A stretch of DNA of 59,687 nt, filler included, from Bonamia ostreae (lineage: Eukaryota): the NCBI GenBank assembly GCA_040357525.1. It is 5 parts of 5 records of this genome, joined end to end, with 100 filler letters (N's around TTAATTAATTAA, not from the genome) between each part and the next. Parts side by side here need not be neighbours in the genome. Positions count along the whole stretch, not along the records: positions 12,295 to 24,241 come from JBDODL010000019.1; positions 24,342 to 36,125 come from JBDODL010000020.1; positions 36,226 to 47,951 come from JBDODL010000021.1; 2 more parts are not named here. One strand, 5' to 3'. The position numbers were made by a program, and so were the translations under genes. Numbering within the stretch: the first letter of the stretch is position 1; the number at the start of each line of letters is the position of its first letter. Under the pieces are notes generated by a model. The model saw nothing but the letters and a program-made list of their open reading frames with translations, made no database searches and was not told the DNA's origin. Shown here piece by piece: positions 23,556 through 36,989 of the stretch.

Positions 23556-24241
23556 AACAAGATTAATTTTGGACAATTTTAAATTCACAAAAAAGCGAAA
23601 ACCCCCCAAAATAACAATAAATTAAATCGTCAAATGCTTCGAAAAGAGGTCTTGACGAGCGAGAGAGAAGCTGACGATTATGTTTAGTAAATCTTTTTCT
23701 CGAAAAAAATTTGTCTCCAAAAATATAACAATTTTGTTCCTCATTTTTTCAATGTTTCTGTTTTGACCAAAAATCTTGTTTTGAAGATATTTCTTTTTTG
23801 AATGTTCTATTCGATTGATCATTGTTTTTAACAAAATAGTCCCAAATGATATTTTAATAAACATTTTAAGTTTAATATTCGTTAAAGACAGGAAATCAAA
23901 TTTTAATATTAAATAGATATCCAAATATGTCTTTATCTATTTTAACAGAGAATGAGACTCAAAACTAAGAAGAGACTCAACAACTAAATCATGCGATTTT
24001 AATTAGAAAAATCATAATTCAATAAAGATAGTCACTATTTTAATATTTCAAATAGTCGTCTCCTTCCTTAGGAGACATTCTGGTCTCATTTAAGAACGCA
24101 AACGACGCTGAAAACTCTTTAAAGTTACAAACCAAGGCAAAAGAAGTTTTGGGACCAGAAAGCAATGGAACAAGATGAATATACAATTTCCCCACTGTGC
24201 TAACAGAACAAGAATTCTTGGTTTCAACAATAATTTCCCCC

Positions 24242-24341
24242 NNNNNNNNNNNNNNNNNNNNNNNNNNNNNNNNNNNNNNNNNNNNTTAATTAATTAANNN
24301 NNNNNNNNNNNNNNNNNNNNNNNNNNNNNNNNNNNNNNNNN
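24242..24341. other. artificial scaffold-joining spacer
   Basis: N44-TTAATTAATTAA-N44. Confidence 0.97.
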
Positions 24342-24397
24342 CTAGATAAGATTTATCGCAAGTTCTCCAATTGCCGATTTAGCCAACAAACGTAAAA

Positions 24398-25552
24398 ATG
24401 AACTCAAAACTAATCGTAAAATCAGCAGAAGGCCATCTCAAATCGTTCTTCGTTGAATCGATAATTTTAAGCAACCCTTCAGCCGCCCAGAAAACGTCTC
24501 CAATCTCTTCGTCCTGTCCTGCCAACGCGCTTGCTACGACAGGCCGCACAGATGGCCATGGTACTACACTAGATACAACCCCCACTTCAAATCGTTCCAA
24601 AACGAAGACCCCTTCGAACTGGCAAAATACTTCGTGCACATCTGCAATCTCCTCAACGAACCTGGTTTCGTTCGCCCAATCAGCAGTAACACACAAGTTT
24701 TGCTCGGAAATGGAGAACTCTCTCAACCGGAAACTGCGGGGCCACATATTATCTAACGACGTCATTCATAAAACGTGGCAAGAAAAGTTGCTCGGATATT
24801 CTTCAAAGAGAAAGAGATATCTGAAGAATCCCTATTTGGACATGGTCGAGTTCTTATCAGGCACAATGCGCGTCCAACACCCGTTTCTGTTTGTGCGAGA
24901 CGCGGCCAGCCAGATTTTCGGAAAGGCCATTCCCAGCGATGCCGCAATTCAGCAAATCGCCAAAATCGCCCCAAAGTTTTTGTTGCGATTTTTCGCAAAA
25001 ATAGAATTGTCGAATGCGGTTATGCGACGAGTGGCTACTGGAGCTACATGCTCAAACAAGTCGGTTGCGACGTAAAATGTTTGACCGTCGGAAAACCTTA
25101 TCTCCAGAAAAGCGTGGAATGGGATCCGATCAAACCAATCGTCGACGTCCGTCCAGGCGATTTCTTCGAACAAACGAATTGCGACGATTATGCTTTGCTT
25201 TTCGTCTGGCCGCACGTTATTTTGGCATAGCCATTTTCGCAAAAATTTAGCAAATTTTAGTGGAGAGGTGTGATAAAAAAAATTTAAGGATCCCGCCGTA
25301 TCCCAAAATCTCTATTGGGACGAAACTAGTTATTTGGCGAAACAAAAAAACTTTGAAGAGCTCGAAAACTGGCGCGGAGATACTGTTATTACGGTAAGTC
25401 AGTCTCAAAACGATATTGTCTTCGACGCAGGGCTCAAATATTTTCCGAGCGCGCGAGAAGAGGATAACTGGAAAATCGTTGAAACCATTGATATACCACA
25501 ATGGATTGGCGCCAATGACAAAATTCGCATTTTTAGAAGGACTGAAAAATAA
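24398..25552 (+). CDS. putative class I SAM-methyltransferase-like protein, multi-exon
   Basis: NPYL, AIPSDAAIQQIA, IVECGYATSGYWSYML..G.DV and LLFVWP resemble an uncharacterised Rossmann MTase family. Confidence 0.5.
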
Positions 25553-25769
25553 ATAATTTTATCATTTTTTAAATTTTGTTTAATTCTTTTGAATATTGAT
25601 TTTTTTAAAAATATTTCCAATTATTATTTTTATTCCTAAACACTTCAAATTTAATTTACAACGACCATTAATCGTAAGACAAATTTTTGGAATAAATTTA
25701 AATTCTCCGCTCGTTCTTGTATGAACCACAAATTTGGAACAAACCTATTACAATAAAAGCATAAAATCG

Positions 25770-27785
25770 ATGGTCGAAAAAATCAAATCGCTGATCGATT
25801 ACCAAAATTTAAATGACACCGAACGGAAAATGATAAAAGTGTTAGAAAAAAGCGCCCAAACCCACCTTTTCGAAGGCTGGAAAAACGGGGAAGACGAATT
25901 ATTAAAAAAGCAATTTTTAGAACAATGCGCTCATTTAAATAACGTACACGACGGAGGATTGGAAGTTAAGATTTGCTAAATGTCAAAGGGGTATTACAAT
26001 AAGTGCAGGGAATTGCTGTCAAAGTCTGCGAAAGGAGAAAATCTGCTCAGAGGATGGGTTCCTTCCGTCCCTAAAAGCCACATGGTTGAATTTGCATCGG
26101 AAAAGTTTTCCAGATTGGAGAAAATGGGCCTCGAGGTTCTTGGGAAAACGGCTTTTGTTTTAGTTGCAGGTGGACTTGGAGAAAGATTGGGCTATTCAGT
26201 TTAAACTTGACGTTTTAGGGGATAAAACTTAATTTGTGTTGCAACCTTTTAAACGAGGATTCTTTTTTCGCGATGTACGCGAAGTACATTCTTGCTTACC
26301 AAAAACACGCGCGGGAAAAAAACGACCCGTCTCTCACGCTTCCTCTCGCCATAATGACATCCGGTTTAGATAGCAAAAAATAGTTTACAATTTGTGCAAA
26401 AATATGTCTTAAAGCGATCACTTCGATTCGACAAAATGACAAAATTTTAAAGACGACACTCATTCAAAAACGATTGAAATGCTGAACAAAAACAACTACT
26501 TTGGACTGTCCAGAGACCAAGTGACTTTGCTCAAACAAGAAAAGGTCCCCGCCGTCACCGTTTCATCCAAAATTTCCGCAGAATTTAAAAGCTGAATTCA
26601 GCAGACGGTCCAAGTACAGAATCGAGACGAAGCCGCATGGCCACGGAGACGTGCACTCCCTCCTATACAAGTCGGTTCTGCGCAAATGGCAGCGTTCGGG
26701 AATAGAAAACGTCCTGTTCTTCCAAGACACGAACATTTTAGTGTTCAAAGCGCTGCCTTGTCTCGCCGGAAACTCGCTGGAGCAATCAATCGACGTCAAT
26801 TTTATGGTTCTGCCGAGAAAGCCGGGTGAAGCAGTGGGGTCGATTTGCCGCCTGAAAAAAGCGGATGGGAAAACAATGACCTGCAATGTCGAGTACAACG
26901 AGTTCGAGTCTCTTCTGCAGAAAACCGGAGTGAAAGACCACAAAAACAAAGTTGAACTTTTCAAAAACAAAGAACGGTTTCTCTTCTTTCCCGGGGAACG
27001 CCAATGTCTTTATTTTGAAAATGGACAAATACCTTGAAACTCTCGCGAAGACGGACGGAAAGATGCCAGAATATATAAATCCGAAGTACGCCAACAAAGA
27101 GAAATCGATCTTCAAAAGCGCGGCGAGGATCGAGTGCGCGATGAGCGATTATTCGATGTTGCTTGAATCCGACGATAATGTCGGGTGCACTCTTTTCGAG
27201 CGCTGGATGAGCTTTTCAGCGGCTAAGAACAATATGGCGGACGCCATCGCGAAGAAGAGACTGGTAAATTTCTCCGAGTCGGCCGCTTCCGCCGAAGCGG
27301 ATTTGTACTTGGCGAATCGCAGGTACCTTCGCCAATGCGGCTGCGACATCGAAGTAACAGCCGGAACAAAAATTTTCAACGGACTGGAGTCGTCAGACGG
27401 CGCGATGGTCTTGTTGGAGCCGTCTTTCGGCTGCATCTTCGAAGAAATAAAAAAGCGGTTCGAGTCGCCGCAAAAAGTCTCCGTCACTAAAAGGTCTTCT
27501 TTGTTGCTCTGTGGAAACGTCCAAATAAGAAAATTGGTTTTGGACGGCTCTTTGTCGATCGCAAGCAGAAAAACCGGGGACGGAATAGACAACGCGGTCA
27601 TTGAAGATTTGTCTGTGAGCAACGAGGGCTACGTCTTTGAAGAAGCGCGGGATTGCGATCCAGAGGAAATCATTCTGAGAGGCTACAAATTGTCGAAAAA
27701 AGCCAATTGTGACATGTTGGTCGACGAAGGAAGGACCTATAAAAACACTAACAAGTTGTTTGTTACAATAGACAATCGGTTTTAA
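25770..27785 (+). CDS. USP: UDP-sugar pyrophosphorylase (USP), 6 exons
   Basis: [63 protein letters not shown] and EYINPKY. Confidence 0.95.
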
Positions 27786-27961
27786 AATAACGAGGCTACA
27801 ACTTTGTGACCAATCCGTTTTCTGTGCAATCTTTGCATTTCGTGGATATTTTTAATGAAACATTTTTGCAATTTAATAATATTTTACGTCGAGATCATTT
27901 TGATACAATAAATTTTATGTCACTGTTTTCACTGTTTAAAAATGTAAATATAAAGAAAATG

Positions 27962-30900
27962 TCAAATCATTTTAATCACTTCACTGTAAGTGTATTTTGA
28001 CCGATAAAGAATGTGATAAGTGGCGAAGATATATATGAACAAGTTACTGTAAATCTGTGAATGATTAAAATCATTAAAAATGATTAAAATTTGAAAAAAA
28101 TTCAAATAAAAATAATTTTTAAAATGATATAAAATCAACCAAAGAACGCACCAAAACAATCCACAGTTTAGATTTTTGTTTTTTCTAAAATGAAAAATAA
28201 AACAATCCCCTCTTTGTTTAAATAAAATTCCCCGTTTCGCTCAAAAATGTACTTTGAAGGATGATCAAATTTTGCTTTAAAACATATCAGTCCTAAAATT
28301 CCAGTAAATACAGGTACCAGATAAAATAACACCATCCAAAAAACAACAAAGTCTTTATTCAAGGGCTTCATAATAAAATGTATTATTGTTACGATTGGAA
28401 GCAAATATATCAAATTCATTAAAAATACTTTAGATTGTGTAACAAAACTCTTTAATTTTCCGGGTGCAAATTTTTTCTCGTAAACTTTATCTAAAGCAGG
28501 ATTAAATTCAGTCTCAATATCTTCTTCGGTTTCATTCGCATGTTTCGTTGCGATTCGTTTCAAATTAGATAAAACATTAATTGATTTTTCTTCTAATTTT
28601 GCGTTTGCTTCAAATCCTTTTGCGCCAAAAATCTCAAAATGGTATAACAATAGATTGATAAAAGGCAGATTGAAGCTTTCTAAACCTAATCGAACATTTC
28701 TTCGCATTATCAACAATATTTGAAATCTAATCGGTTTATTTTTAAAAGTAATTTGAGAATTTTCTGTATCGTATTCTTTATCGATTAACGTCATTATTTT
28801 TGCTTTTTTTTAATTATTGTTACCAGAAATTTCCAAAATGCTCGTTTTGTCTATTTTTGAATAAAAATTTTTCCCCTTATTTCCAACCTTCTCATTTCTC
28901 GACTTAAAATGTACAGATAACCATTTCTTTAACAAGCCATTAACACTCAAAACAATTTTTTCTCTGCTTAAAAATTTGTCTGCTTCAATTTTAAATCCCC
29001 ATTTGAAAATCTGTTTGAAAGAAGCAAAATTGCTTAATGGTCGTTTATATTCTAAAAATATTCAATAAACCTCTTAACGTCGATTGCAAATAATCTGTTC
29101 TCTTATTCATTTTTTTAACAAAATCGACTTCAATTGACTCAATTTTTTCCAATATCATTTTTTCCTGACTCAAAAACACTTTTTCGATGTTCTTGTAACG
29201 CGAAGGCACAGATATTTGAACCAAAACGTTTATTTTTGCGTTTCTGAGCATTTTATAGCATTTCTCAACTTTCAATTCGTCGCATTCTAAATCGATTTGT
29301 AATCTTTTCGCTATGTCATCTCTCATATCTTCCATTGTAACTGAATCGTAATCATCAAGCAAGTCTCCAAATGATATCGAATCTTAATTCTTAATAAAAA
29401 CAATAATCGACGTTAGATTTTGCTTTCCGTACGTAAAGAATATCATTTGAATTAATATCAAATTTTTGCAGTGCGCACGAAAGCTGTTTTCTATAAACTT
29501 CTAAAATTTTGTAGTTTTGATTAAAATTTGTCAAAATTCGCACCAAGTTCTCGATCAAAAGAATAATCGTTGTCAGATCATTTTCATTTGTTTTTACAGT
29601 TAAAGAATGAGTATTTTCTTATTTTTTAATGTAATAAACTGGGAGAAAAGAGCATCGAATTGTTGTAGTTTTCAGATAATTTTTGTAGAAAAGTTTTAAA
29701 ATGACTGACCCAATTAAGAAAAAGTGGATATTTTAAAACTTTCTTTTCTAAAACAAGTTTGTTTAATGTTTCGTCTTTTAATTTAAATAAATTTAAGAAA
29801 TAATTTTTTAGTAAAAATTTGGCTAAAGAAATTTTGATAATTGTTTTAAATTTTAGCAGAGCTAAATAAATTTATGAAACAAATTTGTTCAATATCGCTT
29901 TCTTCAGTGCAACCAGTAAAAATGAACGGTTTTTTATTAAAATCGTTTTTGAGATTCACAAAAGTATAAATTTTGTGCAAAATCGAGATTTTCTTTTTTA
30001 ATGATTTGATTATCAAATCTTCGCCATTTCTAATGTACAGTTTTGTCATCGTTACATTATTAAGCCCCAATTCAGTTTCGATGTTCTCCACGCTTTTACC
30101 GCCATTCAAGTTCTTTATTTTCTTCTCAATTTTCATTTTCAAATATGCCATTTTTGAACGAAATTTCTCGGGAAAAACAAATTTTATCAAAATTTCGCCA
30201 TTATTTCTTTGCTCAAAATCAATTAATCTAATTTTTTTAGCGCTCGAATACAAATTCGCCCTTAAAAAATCTGTGTTTCCATTGTTGACATAATTAATTT
30301 CGGTGCACATCTTTCTTACGAGATTTAAAGAAGACCTGTTGATTTGGATGTTAATAGTTAAATCGTTTTCCATTCTTTCGATATCTAAAATTTCGATAAT
30401 CGCTTCCTTTTGTAAAAAGTACTCTAATCTTTTTTTTAGTTTTGTTTCAAATAAAAAGGGGTTTTGCAGCCAAATTTTGTAGCATTCGTTCATGTATAAG
30501 TTTATAAAAACTATTATAATTGAAAAATGTAAACTGGGAGGTTCTTTTTATTTAAAAATTATAACCTGATAATTGATGATCTATAAAAGTGCACAACAAA
30601 TGGGAGATTAAAAAAGAAATTTCTGGGAAATTTTTCCATTTTTTTAATGTTTTTGTCAATTTGTTTAAAAATAGATTGTGTTTGTCTTTATAAGAAGCTT
30701 TTCCCCATTTCAAATAGATTCCAACTAGTTTATAATTCAAAAGTTTTTCGTTCATTTAAATTGTTAAAAACGAAATTTTATAATTGCTATTGTTCAAATT
30801 TGAATGTTATAATTGTTTGAAGCAATAAATGATTAACAGAAATTAATTAAAACGGCTGAATTTTTTCATCAATTCCCTAATTTTTATTTCTTTTTCAACA

Positions 30901-31066
30901 GAATGCATTTTTTTGAAGACAAGAGAAATCAATAAATGATTAATTTCATCTCTGACAATCTTTTTTGTAAAGGGAATAGCGTTAGCAACTTTTTATAAAA
31001 GCTAATATTACTGTATTGGCAGATTTCTTCTTTAGACGCAATATTGACCAACAAAATTTCACTCAT
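27962..31066 (-). CDS. orphan multi-exon protein with C-terminal TM segments, paralogue A (5' end approximate)
   Basis: Exon-by-exon similarity to 31595-34774 (YLKWG..FLNKL..W..FPEI.FL; M..N..LGL..N.PF; YSNL). Confidence 0.65.
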
Positions 31067-31160
31067 TTTAAAAATTATGAAAAGGTCAACTTTTGTTTTA
31101 AAAACTATTTTTTTAATTTTTTAATGTTAATTTTATTTACAATAACATAAAATACATAAA

Positions 31161-31347
31161 GGTTGCGATGACTCTGTGGTTCAAACTAAATTTGCACATT
31201 TGTGTATGCATCGATTCGAATCTCGGTGTTGCCATTTCCAAACTAATGTCAAGACGAGAGACGTAGCTTTATCTTAATTCCTTATTTGAATGAGGTAGCT
31301 CCTAAAAATTCAGACCTTGAATGTCTGTGCTAGAATATGGACGGTCA
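31161..31347 (+). mobile_element. candidate tRNA-derived SINE (degenerate tRNA head plus conserved core)
   Basis: A-box-like TGACTCTGTGG, B-box-like GATTCGAATC in a 7-bp stem, TTGCAC anticodon-like loop; core 31261-31347 repeated at 16994-17084. Confidence 0.55.
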
Positions 31348-31594
31348 AAATTGTGATAAAAATTCTAGTTAAGGCGAAAATAAATTGAAAAAATTGATAG
31401 AATATTTTATCTAAAAAATTGACTACGTAGTTAAGGCGAAAATTATTAAAAAAGTGATAAAATCACTTTAAGACTAAATGAAGAAAAAGGAGAGAATAAA
31501 TGTTTTTACTTTTATAGTAAAAACCAAGTTAACTGAACAGAAGACACACTTATTTTGTCTCGTTTTTATTTAATAGTAAAGTTATTTAACATGT

Positions 31595-34500
31595 TTATTG
31601 TCCAATATTTCAATAAAAGCAAATTCTGTTATTAAGATTAAATACACACCCGACAGAAAGAGAATTAAATTGCTGTAGAGCTTTAAATTAATGTTTTAAA
31701 ACAAATGTGCGCATTGCAAATTTTGTAATTCTCACTACGTTCAGTATCTTTAAATTGATTATTAATTTAATTTTTGAAAGTACTGAATTTAAAAACTTTT
31801 CCTTTTGTGGTCAAATAATAATTATTGTCCTCTGATTTGCGTATATTTTTTGATGGATCGTCAAACGTTGATTTTACAAAACAGATATTTATCATTTCCA
31901 AAATTAAGGCGAAAGCCCACGCGAGGGAATAAATGAATGGCACAAATTTTTGGATTCTTAGATTCTGAATCACTATCGGGAGCCCTATAGGCAAAAAAGA
32001 TATCAAATTCAAAATGAATCCTTTAAATTTAATAGAATTGCCAAATCTATTTCATAACTTATAATTGACATATCGAAATTTTGAGTTAAATTATTTTTAA
32101 AACTGAATATTAAGTGTATGCCAAATTTTTTTTTCATATCCTTTACTTGTTGTTGAGTTTTGCCGCAATTTTGAGAACCTGTCGCTGCACTTCTATCCGA
32201 TTTTGTTTCATATTGTAATTCAAGGGTTTCAGATTTTCGACGGAATGCCATATAATGCGAATAAACCATTACAAATGGAATATTGTAATCTTTTAATCCC
32301 AATGAAATATTCTTTGCCATTGTTGCCTTGATTAAGGCCTCAACCTCGTTATATTCTATTAATCTTTTCTTTGGTGGAACAGAATGGCTTATGTTCCTCA
32401 TTATGGTTCCTATTTTAAATTTTAATTTTCATTTAAAGGCAAATTATATGTCAAATAAAACTAGAGATGTCAGATATTGAATATTTAGAGATATTTCCGG
32501 CGCCTCCACTAAATAATTTTATAATATCGTCATCTTTGGTAAGCTGCCATTGTTGCTGTTTCAAAACTATCAAATGAAATTTTGAATTTAAAATTTTTAT
32601 CAAAAATAACATGCTTTTTTTGATTTCACGTGTATGTCTTCTCCATATAAAAGTATTTTTAGCAAACTATCAATTCCCATGAATGGTCTCTTCAGAACTT
32701 TAAAATTGATTGAATTTATAAAATTTTAATATAACTCAGATAAGTAAAACATTTTACAGATTCGTTAATATTCACCAAGTTTGCATCGTCATTCGGGATA
32801 AAAAAATTCCCAAATTGCTCAACTAAATTTACTTTGTCTAAAAGAGACCTTTCACTTGTTAAAAGTCTTTCTTCAATATTTCTATTTTTATCTTCTGGTA
32901 CTTTAAACTGCACATCTACAAAAGTTTTTCCGTTGTCAATTCTGCTTGCCCATTTTGTAACCACCAAATGTTCACACTCCAAGTCCCTTTTCATTTTACA
33001 CTCCAAATCATCTTTTACTGTTTTTTGTGATTTGGCACTAACGTCGTATTGGACAAGAGTCATCACAAAAAAAGATTCGCTTTTTTCAGATTCTTTAATA
33101 ACCACAACATCATTTTCGTCATTATCAGATCTGCTTTTTTCCAGTAAACTAAGGATATTATTTAGTTCCGTTAAATATTTCGCTAATTCATTCTCAACAA
33201 GACTTTCATCTCCCAATTTCAATTTTTCCTTAATCGTTGTTTTCACGGCTTCAACAGTGCGTATAAAATGGTAAGAGGCGTGGGGGTGGCTTTTTTCAGG
33301 GTAGTTTTCATTGTTGAGCAAAAAATGGGTAAGACAGTGTACCCATTTTACAAAATTTTCATCTTTTTCTAAAAGGGATATATGTTTCGAAGTCAGTTTT
33401 GCGAGTTTGTCGTCTTTTTGATTGGTATTGCAAAATTGCATTCAATTAACATTTTTTAATTAAAACAGTTTTAATTTCAGTTTAATTATACAAAATTTGA
33501 TTTTTAAATGCAAAAACAAAGTTTAATTGTACTTTTGTTACTTAAAATATAGCAATTAGAAACAAATTTGTCGTAAGATATAATGATTAGTTGAATCATT
33601 ACCATTTTGATTCCCATTAAGATGAGTAAAGGTGTAAACATTGGATAAAATCGATGTTAAACTTTTGATCAGTTCTTCCATTATGTTACTAATATTTAAA
33701 TCGTTTTTTCTAAAATCAATTTGTACTTTTAATTTGTCTTCATCAATCTGAATATGGATTTTATCAATCAGAGGACAAATAGATTGTAACCAATCATGCA
33801 ACTTTTTCAAGATATCATTTTTATCGGCTTTTGTATATTGCACGGAATATACAACAGTTAATGAAAATTCAGTTGCAGTTGATTCCAAAAAACTGATATT
33901 GTTTTTAGCCAGATATTTCTGTAAACCTTTCCTAGCAGGGGTGATAGCCATTTCCAGCTTAGCGAGTCCAGACTTGCCAACAGCTTCTTCAATACCAGAG
34001 ATCTGAACATGCATATGCATGTCGTCTCCTATAGTTCTGTTTGCTTGTAAAATGTCGATTAAGGGTTCCTTTTTAAAGAATCCTGCTAGAAATTCGTTCA
34101 CCCTCATTGAAAAATGCACAGATTCGTTAGCCCAAGCGGAGTAGCAATTTCTCATGTAAATTTTTAAGTACATGGAAGGTGCTTTTTATTGTTGTCACAA
34201 TATTTTTTATATTTTTATTTTTAAATTTACCGTTTAAAATGACAAAATAGATAATAAGAACTTTTGAGGCGATGGTTGATAGAAAGTATGGAAATTTTTG
34301 ACAGAAGAAAGGTGATTTCGGGGAAACCCCTCCATTTCCACATAACGTTGAAAAGTTTGTTTAGAAATGTGTCAAATTCGTCTCGATAGCGCAGCTCTCC
34401 CCATTTTAAATAATTTGCCACTAAATTTAAATATTATATTTCTAATTATTTTGTGCTAATCTAATATCCAATGATAGTCTCAATTAAAACTTGAAAAATT

Positions 34501-34774
34501 GCGGAAAAAATTATGAGCGGCTTCTAATCTTTTCGTAACATTCATCTTCCTAAACCGAAGTTCAATAATACGTCTTGTCAAATCGTCCGTGAATTTCCTT
34601 TTAATAAACGGCAATCCGTTTAGTCCTTAAATATAACCAGATAAAAAACAAACACGAAAATAATTTTAATCCCAAAATTGCCGATAACAAAAAATTACTT
34701 TTTAAAGCATTTGAAAAACCAAATTCAATTAATTCTTCAGAGGAGCAAATACTCTCAGTTAGTTCTGTGTCCAT
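31595..34774 (-). CDS. orphan multi-exon protein with C-terminal TM segments, paralogue B
   Basis: Collinear similarity to paralogue A across at least five exons. Confidence 0.65.
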
Positions 34775-34920
34775 TTTTACGGTTTGCTGTTTTTGGGTTT
34801 GTTTTTTATGATCGTATATGAAAAAAACAAATTAATTTTTCGTTTTATTAATCTTCGTTATTCTTTATTTAATTCTGGATACACAGCAAATACCAATTTA
34901 CAATAAATTGCTCTAACCGA

Positions 34921-35898
34921 TTAAAGGCACTTTTGTTTATATATTGCACAGGGGAAAATTAATAAAAAGATCAATTTACAAGAATATCTTTCCAGAAAGC
35001 CAACAAAACACAAAAACTGTGAAGAGAAAATGAAACTTGTTGTCTCGAATAAAAGTACGGTGTATTTAACGCCAACATTGAAACTCGAAAACGGAATTGA
35101 AGCGATGTACAAAAAATGAAAAAATTGACAAATTTATTTGTTCTTTTTGCCAAAATCGATTCGACTGAACAGATCATTCAGAATATCTTCAAATAAAGGC
35201 TCGACGAGACATCCCTTCGCAGTGTAGATTTCAGTAGCTCTGATTGTTTTCAGCCATTTTTTTCGTTCGTTCCGAGAAAAGGCTCTTATACAAATTTGGT
35301 AAAATATCGAAAATTCTTCAATTTTTGTGTCGATTTTGATTTTTATGCCTTCGCTTACATTTCCCGTTGCTTTTGTCGTCCGCGCACTAACTATGTTGTC
35401 TTTGCCGTAATAATATTCGCATAAGTTGATCAACAGGTTGATGGCCCAATATCTTGGAAATCAGGATAAAAACGTGACGAACGCAGAGACGAGAATATAG
35501 GAATTTTTCGGGAAGGGGGTTTTGTTGTAATGGGCGTACAGCGTCATCGCAACGCAACAGGATAGCATAAAAATCTTGAAGTTTTCCATTTTTCGACTGA
35601 TTTTTACGTTTTTGGTTTTTATCCACTTTCATTTTGTAAAAATTACTTTTAGGACGTAATCGTCGCATGTCGATTTTATTGAAGCGGACGATGTGAGATT
35701 TGCTTTGAATCCTATAGATTCACATAATTAGTCAAAAAACCTTCAGAGGACATTCTGGGAATTTTAATGTTTATGGTATAAATTTTTTTTAATAAAAAAT
35801 GGATTTAAAAAAATAACATTTTCCGATAAATCTTATCGGCAAACGTGGATAATAGCCCCAATCGGCCCTTCCGGGCACAAATAAATGGCCATTTTTCA
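34921..35898 (-). CDS. hypothetical multi-exon protein, possible PH domain (ends approximate)
   Basis: YQICIRAFSRNERKKWLKTI resembles the PH C-terminal strand and helix. Confidence 0.4.
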
Positions 35899-36125
35899 TA
35901 AAATTATTGGAATTTAGAATACAATGTGCAATTTGTCAATTTTTATAAAAAATATTTTACCAATATTTACAAATGAGATTTTAATTTGTAGATATCAATG
36001 ATATAAAAACAAAAAATGAAATTTAATCAAAAAATGAAATTATCAAGAGGAGGCTTCTTTCAAAAGATTGCTTTTGGATAAATAAAAAATTGAACCAAAA
36101 TTAAATATCGTAAAAATTAACTATC

Positions 36126-36225
36126 NNNNNNNNNNNNNNNNNNNNNNNNNNNNNNNNNNNNNNNNNNNNTTAATTAATTAANNNNNNNNNNNNNNNNNNN
36201 NNNNNNNNNNNNNNNNNNNNNNNNN
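36126..36225. other. artificial scaffold-joining spacer
   Basis: N44-TTAATTAATTAA-N44. Confidence 0.97.
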
Positions 36226-36500
36226 AAATCTGCACCAATCAACAACAGTTTTTTTTCGGTTTCTATGTCTCTTGAAATATCCTTCACAGAGCTATTTATT
36301 ATCCATTCGTACATCAAAAGTAATTTGAGCTATAATTCTTCTCAGAGAAAAGAATTGCTAATAAATTAACTTTGAAATGAAAATTCAAACTAGGTCCATG
36401 TGTGGTAGGATATTAAAAAGTCTTCTGGTAGAAATAAAATTGTTGGGACTATTCATCTCTTCGCCAAACGGTTTCCGCTTGCGTATAAAACAAAAAAGCA
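36226..36500 (-). pseudogene. degenerate Merlin/IS1595-like transposase fragment (putative)
   Basis: LKLLLMYEWIINSSVKDISRDIET followed, after a 1-nt shift in an A run, by KTVVDWCRF; stops upstream; cut by scaffold end. Confidence 0.4.
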
Positions 36501-36989
36501 TCCTTTAAAGGAATGCTTTAATTATTCAGTTCTTTCTCAATTTTTTCTATAATTCTGTCTATCTTGTTTAAACGCTTTGGTGATTTGGGTCTAACCTATG
36601 GTGAATGGCTACTCCAATCGCGTACTGTGGTTACATTTCTAGAGTTGTTTTTTCAAACCGTAATAAATAATAAATTTACCCATGCTACTCTTACGAATGT
36701 CTGGGTTAACAAGTGAACACAGAATATCACGGTGAAGGCTTTTGGTGAGACAAATAACTATAAAGATCCACGTCTGTTAATTCGCTTTCTGTGTTCCTCT
36801 TCAAATAAATGTACGTTTTTATAATATTCTGTTTAGTTATGACAAATTGTTTTAATTTTTGTTGCATAAACTGATACTTGTTGATATTACATATTTTAAA
36901 AAGTTCTTAATACTCTACATTAATAGTGTCACGTTTTTATGAGCGGTTATTTGTGTGGCTGAAATTTTTTTTATTAAAGGTAATAATAT

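Noticed and set aside
24398-25075. 225-aa Ser/Thr-rich ORF taken at face value
   Set aside because: The middle part is probably the wrong frame; two short introns give a more protein-like spliced product.
25770-27785. Frame breaks and in-frame stops as programmed frameshifts or stop-codon reassignment
   Set aside because: Each break is resolved by a short GT-AG intron that restores conserved motifs; TAA, TAG and TGA all end genes in this window.
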